Shown: one piece after another, positions 48,401-58,540 of the stretch
Position numbering within the stretch: the first letter of the stretch is position 1
Layout of the letters: each line of letters starts with the position of its first letter
DNA from: Acidobacteriota bacterium
Lineage (GTDB): Bacteria > Acidobacteriota > UBA890 > WLXD01
NCBI GenBank assembly: GCA_963666215.2
Contig: CAXWPL010000002.1
Coordinates: 96,001 to 160,000 of the forward strand
Reading direction: 5' to 3'
Length of the DNA: 64,000 nt
Translations under genes and position numbers: made by a program
Notes under the pieces: generated by a model
Databases searched by the model: none
What the model was told of the DNA's origin: nothing
What the model saw: only the letters and a program-made list of their open reading frames with translations

Positions 48401-48767
48401 TGGCGGGCGTGAACCGTCGCGAAGCAGAGGTCGCGGCCGCTCAGGTGGCCAGGCCGAGGCCGATCGTTCGAAGGCGACGGGCGCCGACGGTAGCAGCGCC
48501 AGGGGACGCGACAGCGGCGGTTCGGCGGCAAGCTCTGGTAGTCGTGGTCGAGGTGGCTCTGCTCGCTCGGGCCGGTCGTCAGGATCGAGCCGACCGGGCG
48601 CATCGGGCGGCGCGTCTGGAGCGGGCGCGGCGCCGGCCCCGACGGCGTCTGGCAGTTCTCGCGCTGATGGCGCCGACAAGCGTGAAGTGGCCAAGAAGGG
48701 CGCGTCTGAAGCGGCCAAGCCGAAGACGCGCAAGGTCAACCCTTACCTGACCGACATCGATCCCTAG
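45438..48767 (+). CDS. rnr: Ribonuclease R with long N- and C-terminal low-complexity extensions
   Basis: GYGFV, AMHGDRV, TIDGINAKDFDDA, HFTSPIRRYPDL, S1 domain. Confidence 0.95.
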   Translation: MASEVTPPEANTEPTADAPVDATPTPSESTAAAESTAAVEVEPVGAEETPAAAEATDTGEPTAAGEPSNATAAVTEELAAAVEEAAVVEEVVAAVEEPATVVAEAAVVVEEPPSAAEPVADKPLDANSVLAFMRGPAGRPVDATALARELDLADSQGPALDRLLAKLTKKGRLIKTRENRYGLPEKMNLVVGTLSAHADGYGFVAHDGEGRDLFVTGRKLSGAMHGDRVVARIEHLRRSGKAEGRVIRVLERGRQTLVGRLTRGKNLTYVAPLDARLGDHVMISDEGIDESHFGHLVLAEITEYPRGMRGPMGRIVEHLGDPADPKLDVEVIIREFELPHEFPAAVIAEAEAVATEVSEAELEGREDYRELPIVTIDGINAKDFDDAVYVEILPSGHYRLHVHIADVAHYVPVGSAIDREAELRTTSVYFPDRVLPMLPESLSNEVCSLKPGVDRLVQSALIDIDREGRTVNFEFHDGVIRSAERMTYADVAALLTESDGTKEERSELSERYADHTPQFRRMRELATILMEARRRRGSIDFDLPEPELVINLRGDVEDIVRSERNVAHRIIEEFMIRANEVVASHFVWESASTLLRVHEGPDPERVASFREFISGLGHSLEGGQRPTPQHFSRLLGRLAGRPEERVVSMLMLRTMKQARYEAHTASAAGKGDGGGHFGLASPRYGHFTSPIRRYPDLIVHRLLKADRDSSHVPDFDAAGLVARLETIALRSSQVERRAEKAEREYCGWKKVKFMADKVGSEYIGYITGVQSFGFFVELEEVFVEGLVPVSTLEDDYYRFDEPNHELRGEHTRRRFRLGDRVRINVAKVDEERRRVDFGLVEGPLAVDRPAAVSEDAPSTSAGRGRRGRRGRRGGRGGQKRGQRPTDAADKNAPAIAASAASPAAEGGAEQSSGAEQTTGSRSSRGSRSRGGRRRRGRGSSSSSPSAPAASSSAGESGEQASAAGGRKRPEPSTEESSSARSRSGRGGRGGREPSRSRGRGRSGGQAEADRSKATGADGSSARGRDSGGSAASSGSRGRGGSARSGRSSGSSRPGASGGASGAGAAPAPTASGSSRADGADKREVAKKGASEAAKPKTRKVNPYLTDIDP

Positions 48768-48911
48768 CACGGAGTCGGAGCTCGATCCCGGGCTGCAGGG
48801 CGCCGGGCGGGCCGTGCGACGAGTCGACCTGCCGGGTTGGCCCGACGGATCTGGCTGGCAAGCGTTGCACGAGTCGGCTCGAGGCCTCCGAGCGTGGGCC
48901 GGCATCGTCGA

Positions 48912-48917
48912 TACAAT
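48912..48917 (+). promoter_or_regulatory. -10 box TACAAT, 6 nt before the gatB ATG (probably leaderless)
   Basis: TACAAT-GGCGCG-ATG. Confidence 0.55.
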
Positions 48918-48923
48918 GGCGCG

Positions 48924-50440
48924 ATGACAGGCACGGGCGGGGGGGCGGAGTTCGAGACGGTTATCGGCCTCGAGATCCACGTGCAGCTGGCCACCCGGTC
49001 GAAGCTCTTTTGCGGCTGCTCGACTCGTTTCGGGGCGCCGGCCAACACCCAGACCTGTCCCGTTTGCCTGGGCCTTCCTGGCGCGCTGCCGGTGCTGAAC
49101 CGGCGCTCCTGGCAACTGGCGCTGAGCGTGGGGTTGGCGCTCGGTTGTCGCATCAATCGTCGATCGCGCTTCGCTCGCAAGAACTATTTCTACCCCGACT
49201 TGCCGAAGGGCTATCAGATCTCGCAGTTCGACCAACCGCTCGCCGAGGACGGTCGTTTTGACTACTTGCTGGGATCTGAGCGCCGCAGCGTGGGCATTGT
49301 GCGGCTGCACCTCGAGGAAGACGCAGGCAAGTCGACGCACAGCTCTGGTGCGACCCCAGGAGCCCCCCCGCGGACCCTGATCGATCTCAACCGTTGCGGC
49401 ACGCCTCTGATCGAGACGGTTACCGCGCCGGAGCTGAGCTCGCCCGAGGAAGCAGATGCGTTTCTCAACGCTCTGCGCTCCACCTTGCTCTACCTGGGTG
49501 TGACCGATGCCAACATGGAGGAGGGGAGCCTGCGCTGCGACGCCAATATCTCTGTCCGTCGGCGCGGCCAGGTAGAGCTCAATCCCAAGACCGAGCTCAA
49601 GAACCTGAATTCGTTCCGTTTCGTGCGTCGCGCGCTGCGCTACGAACGCGCCCGGCAAGAGGCTCTGCTGCGGCAGGGCCAACCGTCGAAGCAGGGGACG
49701 CGACTCTGGGATGAGCGCGCCAATCGCTCCGTGCCGATGCGCAGCAAAGAAGAGGCGCACGACTACCGCTATTTTCCCGAGCCCGATCTGGTACCGATCG
49801 AGGTCTCCGATCCCGACCTGGCAGCAGCGCGGCAGGCGCTTCCGGAGCTCCCCGTTGCCCGACTCGAGCGTTTTGTCGTCCAGTACAAGTTGCCGGTCGG
49901 CGAGGCGGCAGTGCTGGTGGAGGAGCGTCGGCGAGCCGACTATTTCGAGGAACTGATTACCGCCGGCACCCCGCCGGGTCCGGCGAGCAACTGGGTGCGA
50001 GGGCCCTTGCTGCGGGCGCTCAACGAGCGTGGCAGCGCCGCCGATGCCAGCGGCGATACCATGCCAGTACCGGCGGGCCAGCTCGCCGAGCTCCTCCAAC
50101 ACGTCGATACCGGGGCGATCTCACACGCCGTCGCCAAGAAGGTCTTTGCTCGAATGATCGAGACGGGGCTTGCCGCAGCAGCGATCATCGCCGAGAGCGA
50201 ACTGGTGCAGATCAGCGACACCGCCGAGCTCGAACGAATCGTCGACGAGACGCTGGCGGCGAGTCCGGATGAAGTGGCGGCGTTCCGCGCCGGTCGCACG
50301 CAGGTCGTGGGCTATCTGATGGGGCAGGTGATGCGCGCCTCGGGCGGTGCCGCCAATCCGCAGCGTGTGCAGGAGGTACTGCACGAACGCCTTCGACTGC
50401 GACAGTCCGTCGACACGGTCCGAGCGCTGGATGAGTCGTC

Positions 50441-50444
<4 letters not shown>
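48924..50444 (+). CDS. gatB: Asp/Glu-tRNA amidotransferase subunit B
   Basis: IGLEIHVQL, RKNYFYPDLPKGYQISQ, HLEEDAGK, LRCDAN, DYRYFPEPDL. Confidence 0.97.
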
Positions 50445-51120
<676 letters not shown>

Positions 51121-51121
<1 letters not shown>

Positions 51122-52050
51122 TGGCGGCTCCCGAGCGCGCCTGGCGCCGCTACGCGCAGTTGTGCACCGAAGAGGCGGTTCGCGGGCTGTGGTTCAACCG
51201 TCGGACGGTACTCCCCGCGCTGGTCGTGATGACGACGTCGCTCATTGTGCTCGGCGCATTTCTCCTGGTCTCCGAGAATCTCGGCGCGGTCCTGGCACGC
51301 TGGCGCGAACGTGGCCAGATGCAGCTGTTCCTCGACGACGCGATCACCGAGCAGCAGCAGGACGCCATTGCCGCCGTGTTGGGCGAGAGCGAGGAGGTTG
51401 CCCTTCACAGGCTGATCACGTCGGCCGAGGCCGCTGAGCTGTTCCGCACCGACTTTCGCGAGCTCGGCGACGTTCTCGCGATGCTCGATGAGAATCCGCT
51501 GCCGTCGTCGTTCTCGGTGTCGATCGCGTCGCAGATGCGCAGCGAACGCCTGCTGCAGCAGCTCGCTGAGGAATGGGGTGCGCTCCCCGGTGTCGACGGC
51601 GTGCAGTACGACCTGCAGATCATTCGCCGGCTCGAGCTGGGCGTGCGCGCGGTGCGATTCGTGGCGTTGTTGCTCGGCGGCACGGTTCTGCTCGCCGCCG
51701 TCATCACGACCGCCAACGTCGTCCGCGTTCTGGTGGTGGCACGGGCTCGCGAGATTGACGTGATGCGGCTCGTGGGTGCTCCCGACGCGGTCGTCGTGGG
51801 TCGCTTCCTGTTCGAGGGGGCGTTGCAAGGCTTGGTTTCGGGCGTGCTCGCCGTGGGGCTGCTGTACGCGGCGTTCAGCATGGGCCTCTCGTACGTCGGT
51901 GGCGATGCCTTCGGGCTCCTCGCCTCGGTGCCGCTACGCTTCTTGCGCGCTACCTTGGTCGCCGGCCTGATCGGCGGCGGCCTGGCTACCGGGCTGCTCG
52001 GGTCATGCCTGGCGTTCGGCCCGGGCGGCGGGTTGCGCAGCGAGATCTAG
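51121..52050 (+). CDS. ftsX: Cell division permease FtsX
   Basis: ENPLPSSF, REIDVMRLVGA, FLFEG. Confidence 0.9.
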
Positions 52051-52056
52051 CCGGCC

Positions 52057-54777
52057 GTGAGCAGATCAACAACCGCGGGTGCTGGCTCGCCGCCGACCGA
52101 CGCGAACCTCGATCGTGTGGTCGATCCGGCGACCGCAAGGGTTCTCGAGATCGATGCGCTACTCGACCTGCTGGCTGGCGGCGCGCAAACCGAGATGGGC
52201 GCGGGGCGGGTCGGCGGGCTGCAACCTTCAACCCAGATCGATGAGATCGAGGCGCGTCTCGACGCCGTTGAGGCAACGCGCGATTGGGCCGCCAAGAACG
52301 GCTACCTGTCGCTCTCGGCGGCGAGCCCGCTGGAGCCGATTCTGCGGCGGCTGCATACCGCCGGTATCGTGCTCCACTCCGAGGAGCTCCTCGCGGTTGG
52401 CCGCACCGCAGGCGTTGCACGAGAGCTCCGGCGGCGACTTGCGGACGCGGGCGCGTCGGCGCTCGGTCGACTCGCCCGCGCGACGCCCGATCTGTCGCAT
52501 CTCGTCGGCCACATCGATGGCTTGTTCGACCCCGACGGCGAGGTTTGCGACGACGCCTCCCCGGCGCTGGCGCGGGCCCGACGACGCGGCGGGCGGCTGC
52601 GCAGTGAGCTGCGCACGCGCATGGACAAGCTGGCGCACGACGATCGTCTTCGTGACGTCCTCAGCGAATCTCTGGTCACCGAGCGGGCCGGACGATATGT
52701 GCTGCCAGTCCGGTCGGGTCGGCGCGAGGCGGTGGAGGGCATCGTACACGACTCGTCGTCGTCGGGGCAGACGGTGTTCGTGGAGCCGCTCGAGCTGGTT
52801 GAACCGCAGAATCGGTTGGCGGAGGTGGTGCGCGATGAGGCCCGTGAGGTCCAGCGCTTGCTCGCCGAGGCAACCGCGCACGTGGCGGCCGCCGCTCCTG
52901 GGCTGGAGCAGGCAATCGAATGCATCACCGAGCTCGACGGGCTGCAGGCTCTGGCGCGCTACTCGAACCGCGCCGAGGCAGTGCGACCACGATTGATCGT
53001 GGCCGCCACAGCAGCCTCGGAGGCCCGTTCTGACGACCAGGCGGTGGTAGTCGAAGTCGACGGCCGTGTCGATGCCGATCCCGATAATGATGCCGATTCC
53101 AGGGTCGGGCTGCGCTTGCGCGGTGGCCGACATCCGTTGATGGAGACTGCGGATGCAGCGGATGGACTCGATGTTCCGAGCTTCGTCCCTCTTGATCTCG
53201 AGCTTTCGAGTCACCAGCGTGCCCTCGTGATCACCGGCCCCAACACCGGCGGCAAGACCGTCCTGCTCAAGTCGATCGGGCTACTGACTTTCATGGCGCA
53301 GTGCGGAGTTCCAGTGCCGGCCGTCGAGGCCTGGTTGCCCGTCGTGCCACGGCTGTACGCCGACATCGGCGACGAGCAGAGCATCTCGGCGAGCCTGTCG
53401 ACCTTCTCGGGGCACCTCGAGCGTATTACCAGCTTCCTGGCCGACTGCCCTGCCGGCAGCCTGGTGCTGCTCGACGAGCTCGGCACCGGAACCGATCCGG
53501 CCGAGGGTGCGGCGTTGGCGATTGCAGTGGCGGAGCGCTTTGTCGAGCTCGGCGCGCTCTTGATGCTCTCGACCCATCACGACGCGTTGAAGTCGTTTGC
53601 CCACTCGCACCCGAGCGCAGTCAACGCGGCCATGGAGTTCGACGCCGCCAGCCTGGCGCCGACCTACCGGGTTCGCGTCGGCCGGCCGGGGCGCAGCAGC
53701 GCGCTGCTCGTCGCCGCCGGACTCGGGTTGGATGCCGAGCTGGTGGCTCGGGCTCGAGGACTCCTGAGCGGCGACGCGGTGCAGCTCGATCGCGTCATCG
53801 AGCGTCTCGAAGAAGAGGCCGCCGAGGCCGAGGAGTCGCGGCGGCGTCAGGAGGAAGATCTCGACGCGCAGCGCGTCGAGCTCGAGAGCTCGCTGCAACG
53901 GCTGAGAGCGGCTGATGCCGAGCACAAGAAGCGGGCCACGGAGCTTCAAGCGCAGCTCAAGAACGCCATCCGCGATGTGGCCGAGTCGCTGCGTGAGCGC
54001 GGCGAGCAGAAGCTGGCCGAGCTCGGTGACGTTGCACCGGCGACGGGGCAGCGAACGCCGAGTGTGAGCAAGAGGACGGCCGACAACCGTCGCGCGCGCT
54101 GGCGTTCGGTCGTCGGGACGCTGGAGGCCGAGGCACACCAGAGTGCCCGAGAGCGATCTGGAGCTTCGAGCTCGAGCCTGGCGCCCGGCATCCACTCAGA
54201 GCTGGACGAAGAGGAACAGGCTGACGCGGTGGGCCCGTTGGCGCGTGGCCAGCGGGTGCATGTTGAGCCGTTCGGTATGCGTGGACGGGTCCTGCATGAG
54301 TGGACGCCGCGGGGTCGAAGCGCCGGTGAGACTGACGTCGAGATTGACGTCGGCGGGAAACGCATGCTGGCGCCACGCCAGCAGGTCAGGCCGCTCGGTG
54401 TTGCCACGGGCACAGGCGCCGGCGACGGCGGCGTCCAGACCCGAGCGTCGAAGCGCCGGGCCCGAGCACAGCGCGGAGCTTCGGTGGCTCGGGGCGGTGG
54501 CACCAGCTTCGAGCGGCGCGAGCGCTTCAGCGTTGCCACCGAGCTCAAGCTTGTGGGCCAGACCGTTGACGACGCGCTCGCGATGGCCGACAAGTACCTC
54601 GACGATGCGTTGCTCGCCGAGCTGACCGCTGTACGCTTGATCCACGGCTACGGCAGCTTCAAGCTCCGAGACGCGCTCCACGAGTGGCTGCGCGATCGCC
54701 CTGGCGTCTCGGGATTCGGCTCCGCCGGGCCCAGAGACGGTGGGGCCGGCGTCACGATTGTGAACCTCGGGAGCTGA
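52057..54777 (+). CDS. mutS2: Endonuclease MutS2
   Basis: GIVHDSSSSGQTVFVEP, ITGPNTGGKT, IGDEQSI, LDELGTGTDP, C-terminal Smr domain (IHGYG). Confidence 0.93.
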   Translation: MSRSTTAGAGSPPTDANLDRVVDPATARVLEIDALLDLLAGGAQTEMGAGRVGGLQPSTQIDEIEARLDAVEATRDWAAKNGYLSLSAASPLEPILRRLHTAGIVLHSEELLAVGRTAGVARELRRRLADAGASALGRLARATPDLSHLVGHIDGLFDPDGEVCDDASPALARARRRGGRLRSELRTRMDKLAHDDRLRDVLSESLVTERAGRYVLPVRSGRREAVEGIVHDSSSSGQTVFVEPLELVEPQNRLAEVVRDEAREVQRLLAEATAHVAAAAPGLEQAIECITELDGLQALARYSNRAEAVRPRLIVAATAASEARSDDQAVVVEVDGRVDADPDNDADSRVGLRLRGGRHPLMETADAADGLDVPSFVPLDLELSSHQRALVITGPNTGGKTVLLKSIGLLTFMAQCGVPVPAVEAWLPVVPRLYADIGDEQSISASLSTFSGHLERITSFLADCPAGSLVLLDELGTGTDPAEGAALAIAVAERFVELGALLMLSTHHDALKSFAHSHPSAVNAAMEFDAASLAPTYRVRVGRPGRSSALLVAAGLGLDAELVARARGLLSGDAVQLDRVIERLEEEAAEAEESRRRQEEDLDAQRVELESSLQRLRAADAEHKKRATELQAQLKNAIRDVAESLRERGEQKLAELGDVAPATGQRTPSVSKRTADNRRARWRSVVGTLEAEAHQSARERSGASSSSLAPGIHSELDEEEQADAVGPLARGQRVHVEPFGMRGRVLHEWTPRGRSAGETDVEIDVGGKRMLAPRQQVRPLGVATGTGAGDGGVQTRASKRRARAQRGASVARGGGTSFERRERFSVATELKLVGQTVDDALAMADKYLDDALLAELTAVRLIHGYGSFKLRDALHEWLRDRPGVSGFGSAGPRDGGAGVTIVNLGS

Positions 54778-54783
54778 TCGCCA

Positions 54784-56691
54784 GTGAGCTGGCCGCGGGA
54801 CTTCATCGACGAGGTACGAAGCAGCGCCGATGCGGTGCAGCTGATCGGCGAGGTGGTGGGCCTGGCGCGCCGCGGCACACGCTTCCTGGGCCTGTGTCCG
54901 TTTCACACCGAGAAGACGCCCTCGTTCGGAGTCAACGACGAGGGCCTGTGGTACTGCTTCGGATGCCAGGAGGGGGGTGACCTCTTCAAGTTCGTCATGC
55001 AGTACGAGGGTGTTGGCTTCAACGACGCCGTCCGCAGTGTTGCCGAGCGCGCGGGGGTGTCGGTTCCGGCGCAGGAGCAGCGCTCGGCTCGGCGCTCCGG
55101 CCAGGATCAGCCGCAGGTTGGACGCGACCGCATCGCGGCTGCGGTCGCGGCGGCGCAGGCTTTCTATCGCGAGCAGCTCGCTGCGTCTTCGGGGCAGGCG
55201 GCCCGCGAGTATTTAGCCGGGCGTGGTCTCGGGCCGGAGGTTATCGAGTCCTTCGGCTTGGGATTCGCCCCGCCCGGGTGGGACGTATTGAGTGGCCGCC
55301 TGGCGCGGCAGGGGTTCAGGCCCGAGGAGCTGGTTGCCGCCGGCCTCGCGAAACACCGCGATGCTGGACGCAGCAGAGATCGCGACGCCGGCAGCGTGTA
55401 CGACCTGCTGCGCGATCGGGTCTCGTTCCCGATTCGCGACATTCGCCGGCGTCCGATTGCGTTCGGCGGCCGCATTTTCGGCCCCGCCGCCAACGACGAT
55501 CAGCCCAAGTACATCAATTCACCGGAGACCGAGCTCTTCAACAAGAGCCGCACACTGTACGGCCTTGGCGAGGCTCGGGCCGCGATCAAGGCGGTCTCTT
55601 TTACTCTGCTCGTCGAGGGGTATCTCGACGTCCTGGCCTGTGTGCAGCATGGATACGGCAACGTGGTCGCTCCCATGGGCACCGCCTTCGGGGCCGAGCA
55701 CGCGCGCCTGCTGTCGCGTCATGCCACCAAGGTCGTGGTTGCCTTCGACGGCGACAGTGCCGGTCAGGCCGCGGCCGAGCGTACGGTGGGTGTGTTCCTC
55801 GGATCCGGCTTCCAGGTCAACGTGCTGCCGCTGCCGGCGGGGCAGGATCCCGATTCCTTCCTGGCGGACAAAGGTGCCGAAGGCCTGGCCACGGCCCTGC
55901 GCTCGGCACTGCCGGCGCTGGCCTTCTTGCTCAGTCGTGCCGGCGAGCGGGCCGATCTACGCTCGCCACAGGGCAAGGCACAGGCACTGCAGTCGCTGCT
56001 CGGTTTCGTCCTGCACATCGAAGACCGTGTTGAGCGCGCCGGATGGATCGGTCGCATCTCCCACGAGCTCGACGTCCAAGAACCGCTGGTGTTGCAGGCT
56101 CTCGACGAGCTCAACGCCCGCCAGCGAGGAAGCCAAAGAGGTCAACTGCAGGGCCGTGGTGCCAGCGACGGTCACGGCCGGAGCCTGGCCGCAGCGGCTG
56201 GCGACCTGAATGTCACGCAACGCCTGGAGGAGGTTTCGCACGCCGAGCGCGAGCTTCTTCGGGGCACGCTGCATCACCCGGAGTGGCATCAACGTCTGGT
56301 CCAGATCTGCGGTGTCGATGTGCGCGACCCACGTGTCGCCGGCCTTCTGCAGGCGATCTCGGTGGCCTACGCTCAGGACTCTTCGCAGAGGTCGACGAGA
56401 AAGGCCGACTCCATTTCAGGCCACGGGTTAACCGGCGAACAGATCTTGGCGCACTGCGACGTGGACGGGGCCGCTGCCTTGTTATCCCGCCTGCTGCTCG
56501 ATCAGGAGCCGATTCCCGACTGGGACGGGGCCCGCGGCGCGGCGGAGGCGGTTCGGCGCGGCGCCCTCGAACGACAGCTGCGCGAGCTTCAGCAGCAGGT
56601 CAACCTCGCCGTCCGGGGGGGGGATCGCCAGTTGGCGGACGAGCTTACCGCCAGGAAGCTTCAGATTGTCCACGAGCTCCGCGGGCTCTGA
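54784..56691 (+). CDS. dnaG: DNA primase
   Basis: CPFHTEKTPSF...CFGC zinc finger, KYINSPET, VEGYLD, FDGDSAG, DPD. Confidence 0.96.
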   Translation: MSWPRDFIDEVRSSADAVQLIGEVVGLARRGTRFLGLCPFHTEKTPSFGVNDEGLWYCFGCQEGGDLFKFVMQYEGVGFNDAVRSVAERAGVSVPAQEQRSARRSGQDQPQVGRDRIAAAVAAAQAFYREQLAASSGQAAREYLAGRGLGPEVIESFGLGFAPPGWDVLSGRLARQGFRPEELVAAGLAKHRDAGRSRDRDAGSVYDLLRDRVSFPIRDIRRRPIAFGGRIFGPAANDDQPKYINSPETELFNKSRTLYGLGEARAAIKAVSFTLLVEGYLDVLACVQHGYGNVVAPMGTAFGAEHARLLSRHATKVVVAFDGDSAGQAAAERTVGVFLGSGFQVNVLPLPAGQDPDSFLADKGAEGLATALRSALPALAFLLSRAGERADLRSPQGKAQALQSLLGFVLHIEDRVERAGWIGRISHELDVQEPLVLQALDELNARQRGSQRGQLQGRGASDGHGRSLAAAAGDLNVTQRLEEVSHAERELLRGTLHHPEWHQRLVQICGVDVRDPRVAGLLQAISVAYAQDSSQRSTRKADSISGHGLTGEQILAHCDVDGAAALLSRLLLDQEPIPDWDGARGAAEAVRRGALERQLRELQQQVNLAVRGGDRQLADELTARKLQIVHELRGL

Positions 56692-56909
56692 ACGTGACGC
56701 TGGCTGATGACTCATCGTGTTCGATCGCGACAGCGCTGCGAAAGGGTCGGCTGCTAGGGGTGGCCGCCGCAACCGTCGCACTCGATCCTGCGTACGTGCA
56801 GCTGTCCGGCGCGCGCGCGCGTCAGTTCGCCGGAGCGCATTACAATCACTCGGGGAGCTGCCGAGTCGGTTCACCGCTCCGGCATCGTGATTCTGGCGCG
56901 AGCCTGGGT

Positions 56910-56986
56910 GGGCCCTTAGCTCAGTTGGTCAGAGCCGCCGGCTCATAACCGGTAGGTCGCAGGTTCGAATCCTGCAGGGCCCACCA
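56910..56986 (+). tRNA. tRNA with CAT anticodon, most likely tRNA-Ile2 (lysidine)
   Basis: GGGCCCT/AGGGCCC-A-CCA acceptor, CTCATAA loop; fully paired 1-72 and no GGG/CCC anticodon stem, so not the initiator. TACAAT at 56841. Confidence 0.9.
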
Positions 56987-57046
56987 TATTCAGCCGCGAT
57001 TGGCCGCAGATGACAGGCGTGGTCCCGAGCGGCTAAGATGTCGCGT

Positions 57047-57240
57047 CCGGGCGGCAGCACGATCGCCCGATCGTATGGAAGCGGGTGGAACCGGATGCGA
57101 GACGACGGAACGGCCAGGTTGGCACATCGAGGAACGACGGCCGACGCGTGGCGGCACGCGGTCAGAGCGCATCTAATTGTCACCGGGGGCAGCTCCGCCC
57201 CTCGGGGGCGGCGAGCGGGTGGGCCTACGCCCGCCCTTTT
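57047..57240 (+). ncRNA. Candidate 6S RNA (ssrS-like)
   Basis: Own promoter ATGACA-N18-TAAGAT; long rod-like fold with a central bubble (see findings); ends in a T-tract. Confidence 0.55.
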
Positions 57241-57303
57241 TCTTGTGCTCAGAGGCATTGGGTCAAGGCGTAGCGCTCTCGAGTGGCGAGCAAGGAAGTC
57301 AAT

Positions 57304-58056
57304 GTGAACGTAAGCGACCAGCTGCGGGTATTGATCGAGTTGCAGCGTAAGGAGCTGGATGCGGCTCGGGTCGACGCTGAGCGGGCGACGTTGCCGGCGC
57401 AGAAGGAAGCATTGCAGGCGAATGTTGCGGTGGTGAAGGCGGAGATTGCGGTGGCCGAGGCACGGCTCGAAGAGTCTGCCGCCGACCGCAAGCTGCTCGA
57501 GCGTCAGGTCGAAGATCAGGAGGCCAAGGCCGAGAAGTATCGCGAGCAGGAGCTCCTGGTCAGGACGAACGAGCAGCTCTGGGCGCTGCAGAAGGAAATC
57601 CAGCAGGCGCGCGACGCCATATCGGGGTTCGAGGAGAAGATCCTCGAGCACATGGAGGGTTCCGAGGCGCTCAACACCGAGCTCGCTTCTCGGCGGCAAC
57701 GGCTTGCCGAGGTCGAGACGCTGGTCGCCTCGCAGGTGCGTGAGATCGACGCCCGCGCCGCGGCGCTCGCCCAAGAGCGCGAACAGCTGAGCGCGGAAAT
57801 CGGCGATGCCGAGCGCCAAGCCGATCACGATCTGCTGCGGCTCTACGGGCGCGTCAAGAACATTCGCCGCGGGGTTGGCGTGGCCGAGGCTCTCGAGGAA
57901 ACGTGCTTGGGCTGCAACACACGAATCCGGCCGCAGCTGTACGTGGATGTCATGAACATGGAGCGCATCGTGCAGTGCGACTCGTGCAAGCGCTTGCTGT
58001 TCTCGCGCAAGGCGCTCCAGCTGCCCTCCTCTGTGGAGATCGAGCAGCCTGCCTGA
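57304..58056 (+). CDS. C4-type zinc-ribbon domain coiled-coil protein (DUF164-like)
   Basis: Long coiled coil followed by CLGC...CDSC. Start may be 57283. Confidence 0.88.
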   Translation: MNVSDQLRVLIELQRKELDAARVDAERATLPAQKEALQANVAVVKAEIAVAEARLEESAADRKLLERQVEDQEAKAEKYREQELLVRTNEQLWALQKEIQQARDAISGFEEKILEHMEGSEALNTELASRRQRLAEVETLVASQVREIDARAAALAQEREQLSAEIGDAERQADHDLLRLYGRVKNIRRGVGVAEALEETCLGCNTRIRPQLYVDVMNMERIVQCDSCKRLLFSRKALQLPSSVEIEQPA

Positions 58057-58057
58057 C

Positions 58058-58480
58058 ATGGAAGGCCCGTTGATCGCGTACGTCGACGGGGCCTCTCGTG
58101 GCAATCCCGGAGCCGCCGCGTTCGGTGTCTGCGTTTGCGCCCCCGACGGCAGCGAGGTGGCCTGTTTCGGTGGCTCCTTGGGGCGCCAGACCAACAACTA
58201 CGCCGAGTACCGCGCTCTGATCGCGGCTCTGCGCTGGGCGTCCGAGCAGCGGGTGACGGAGTTCGAGGTGCGCTCTGATTCGCAGTTGATGGTGCGGCAG
58301 ATGGAAGGGCGTTACCGAGTCAAGTCTCCCGGGCTCAAGCCGCTACATGCCGAGGCGAGGGCCCTGGTGTCGTCCTTCGAGAGATTCCGCATCGTGCACC
58401 TGCGCCGGGAGAACAACGCCGAGGCCGACTCGATTGCCAACCGCGTGCTCGATGGCGATCCGGACCTGGAGCTGCGCTAG
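58058..58480 (+). CDS. rnhA: Ribonuclease HI
   Basis: YVDGASRGNPG, TNNYAEY, SDSQL, RENNAEADS. Confidence 0.93.
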   Translation: MEGPLIAYVDGASRGNPGAAAFGVCVCAPDGSEVACFGGSLGRQTNNYAEYRALIAALRWASEQRVTEFEVRSDSQLMVRQMEGRYRVKSPGLKPLHAEARALVSSFERFRIVHLRRENNAEADSIANRVLDGDPDLELR

Positions 58481-58540
58481 CTGGCCGATGCGGCCAGCTA
58501 GCGGAGTTGTCGCCGTTTCACCAACCGGCGAGAGCTCGGC

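Noticed and set aside
56910-56986. Initiator or elongator tRNA-Met
   Set aside because: Lacks initiator features; the acceptor stem resembles known Ile2 tRNAs, though elongator Met is not fully excluded.
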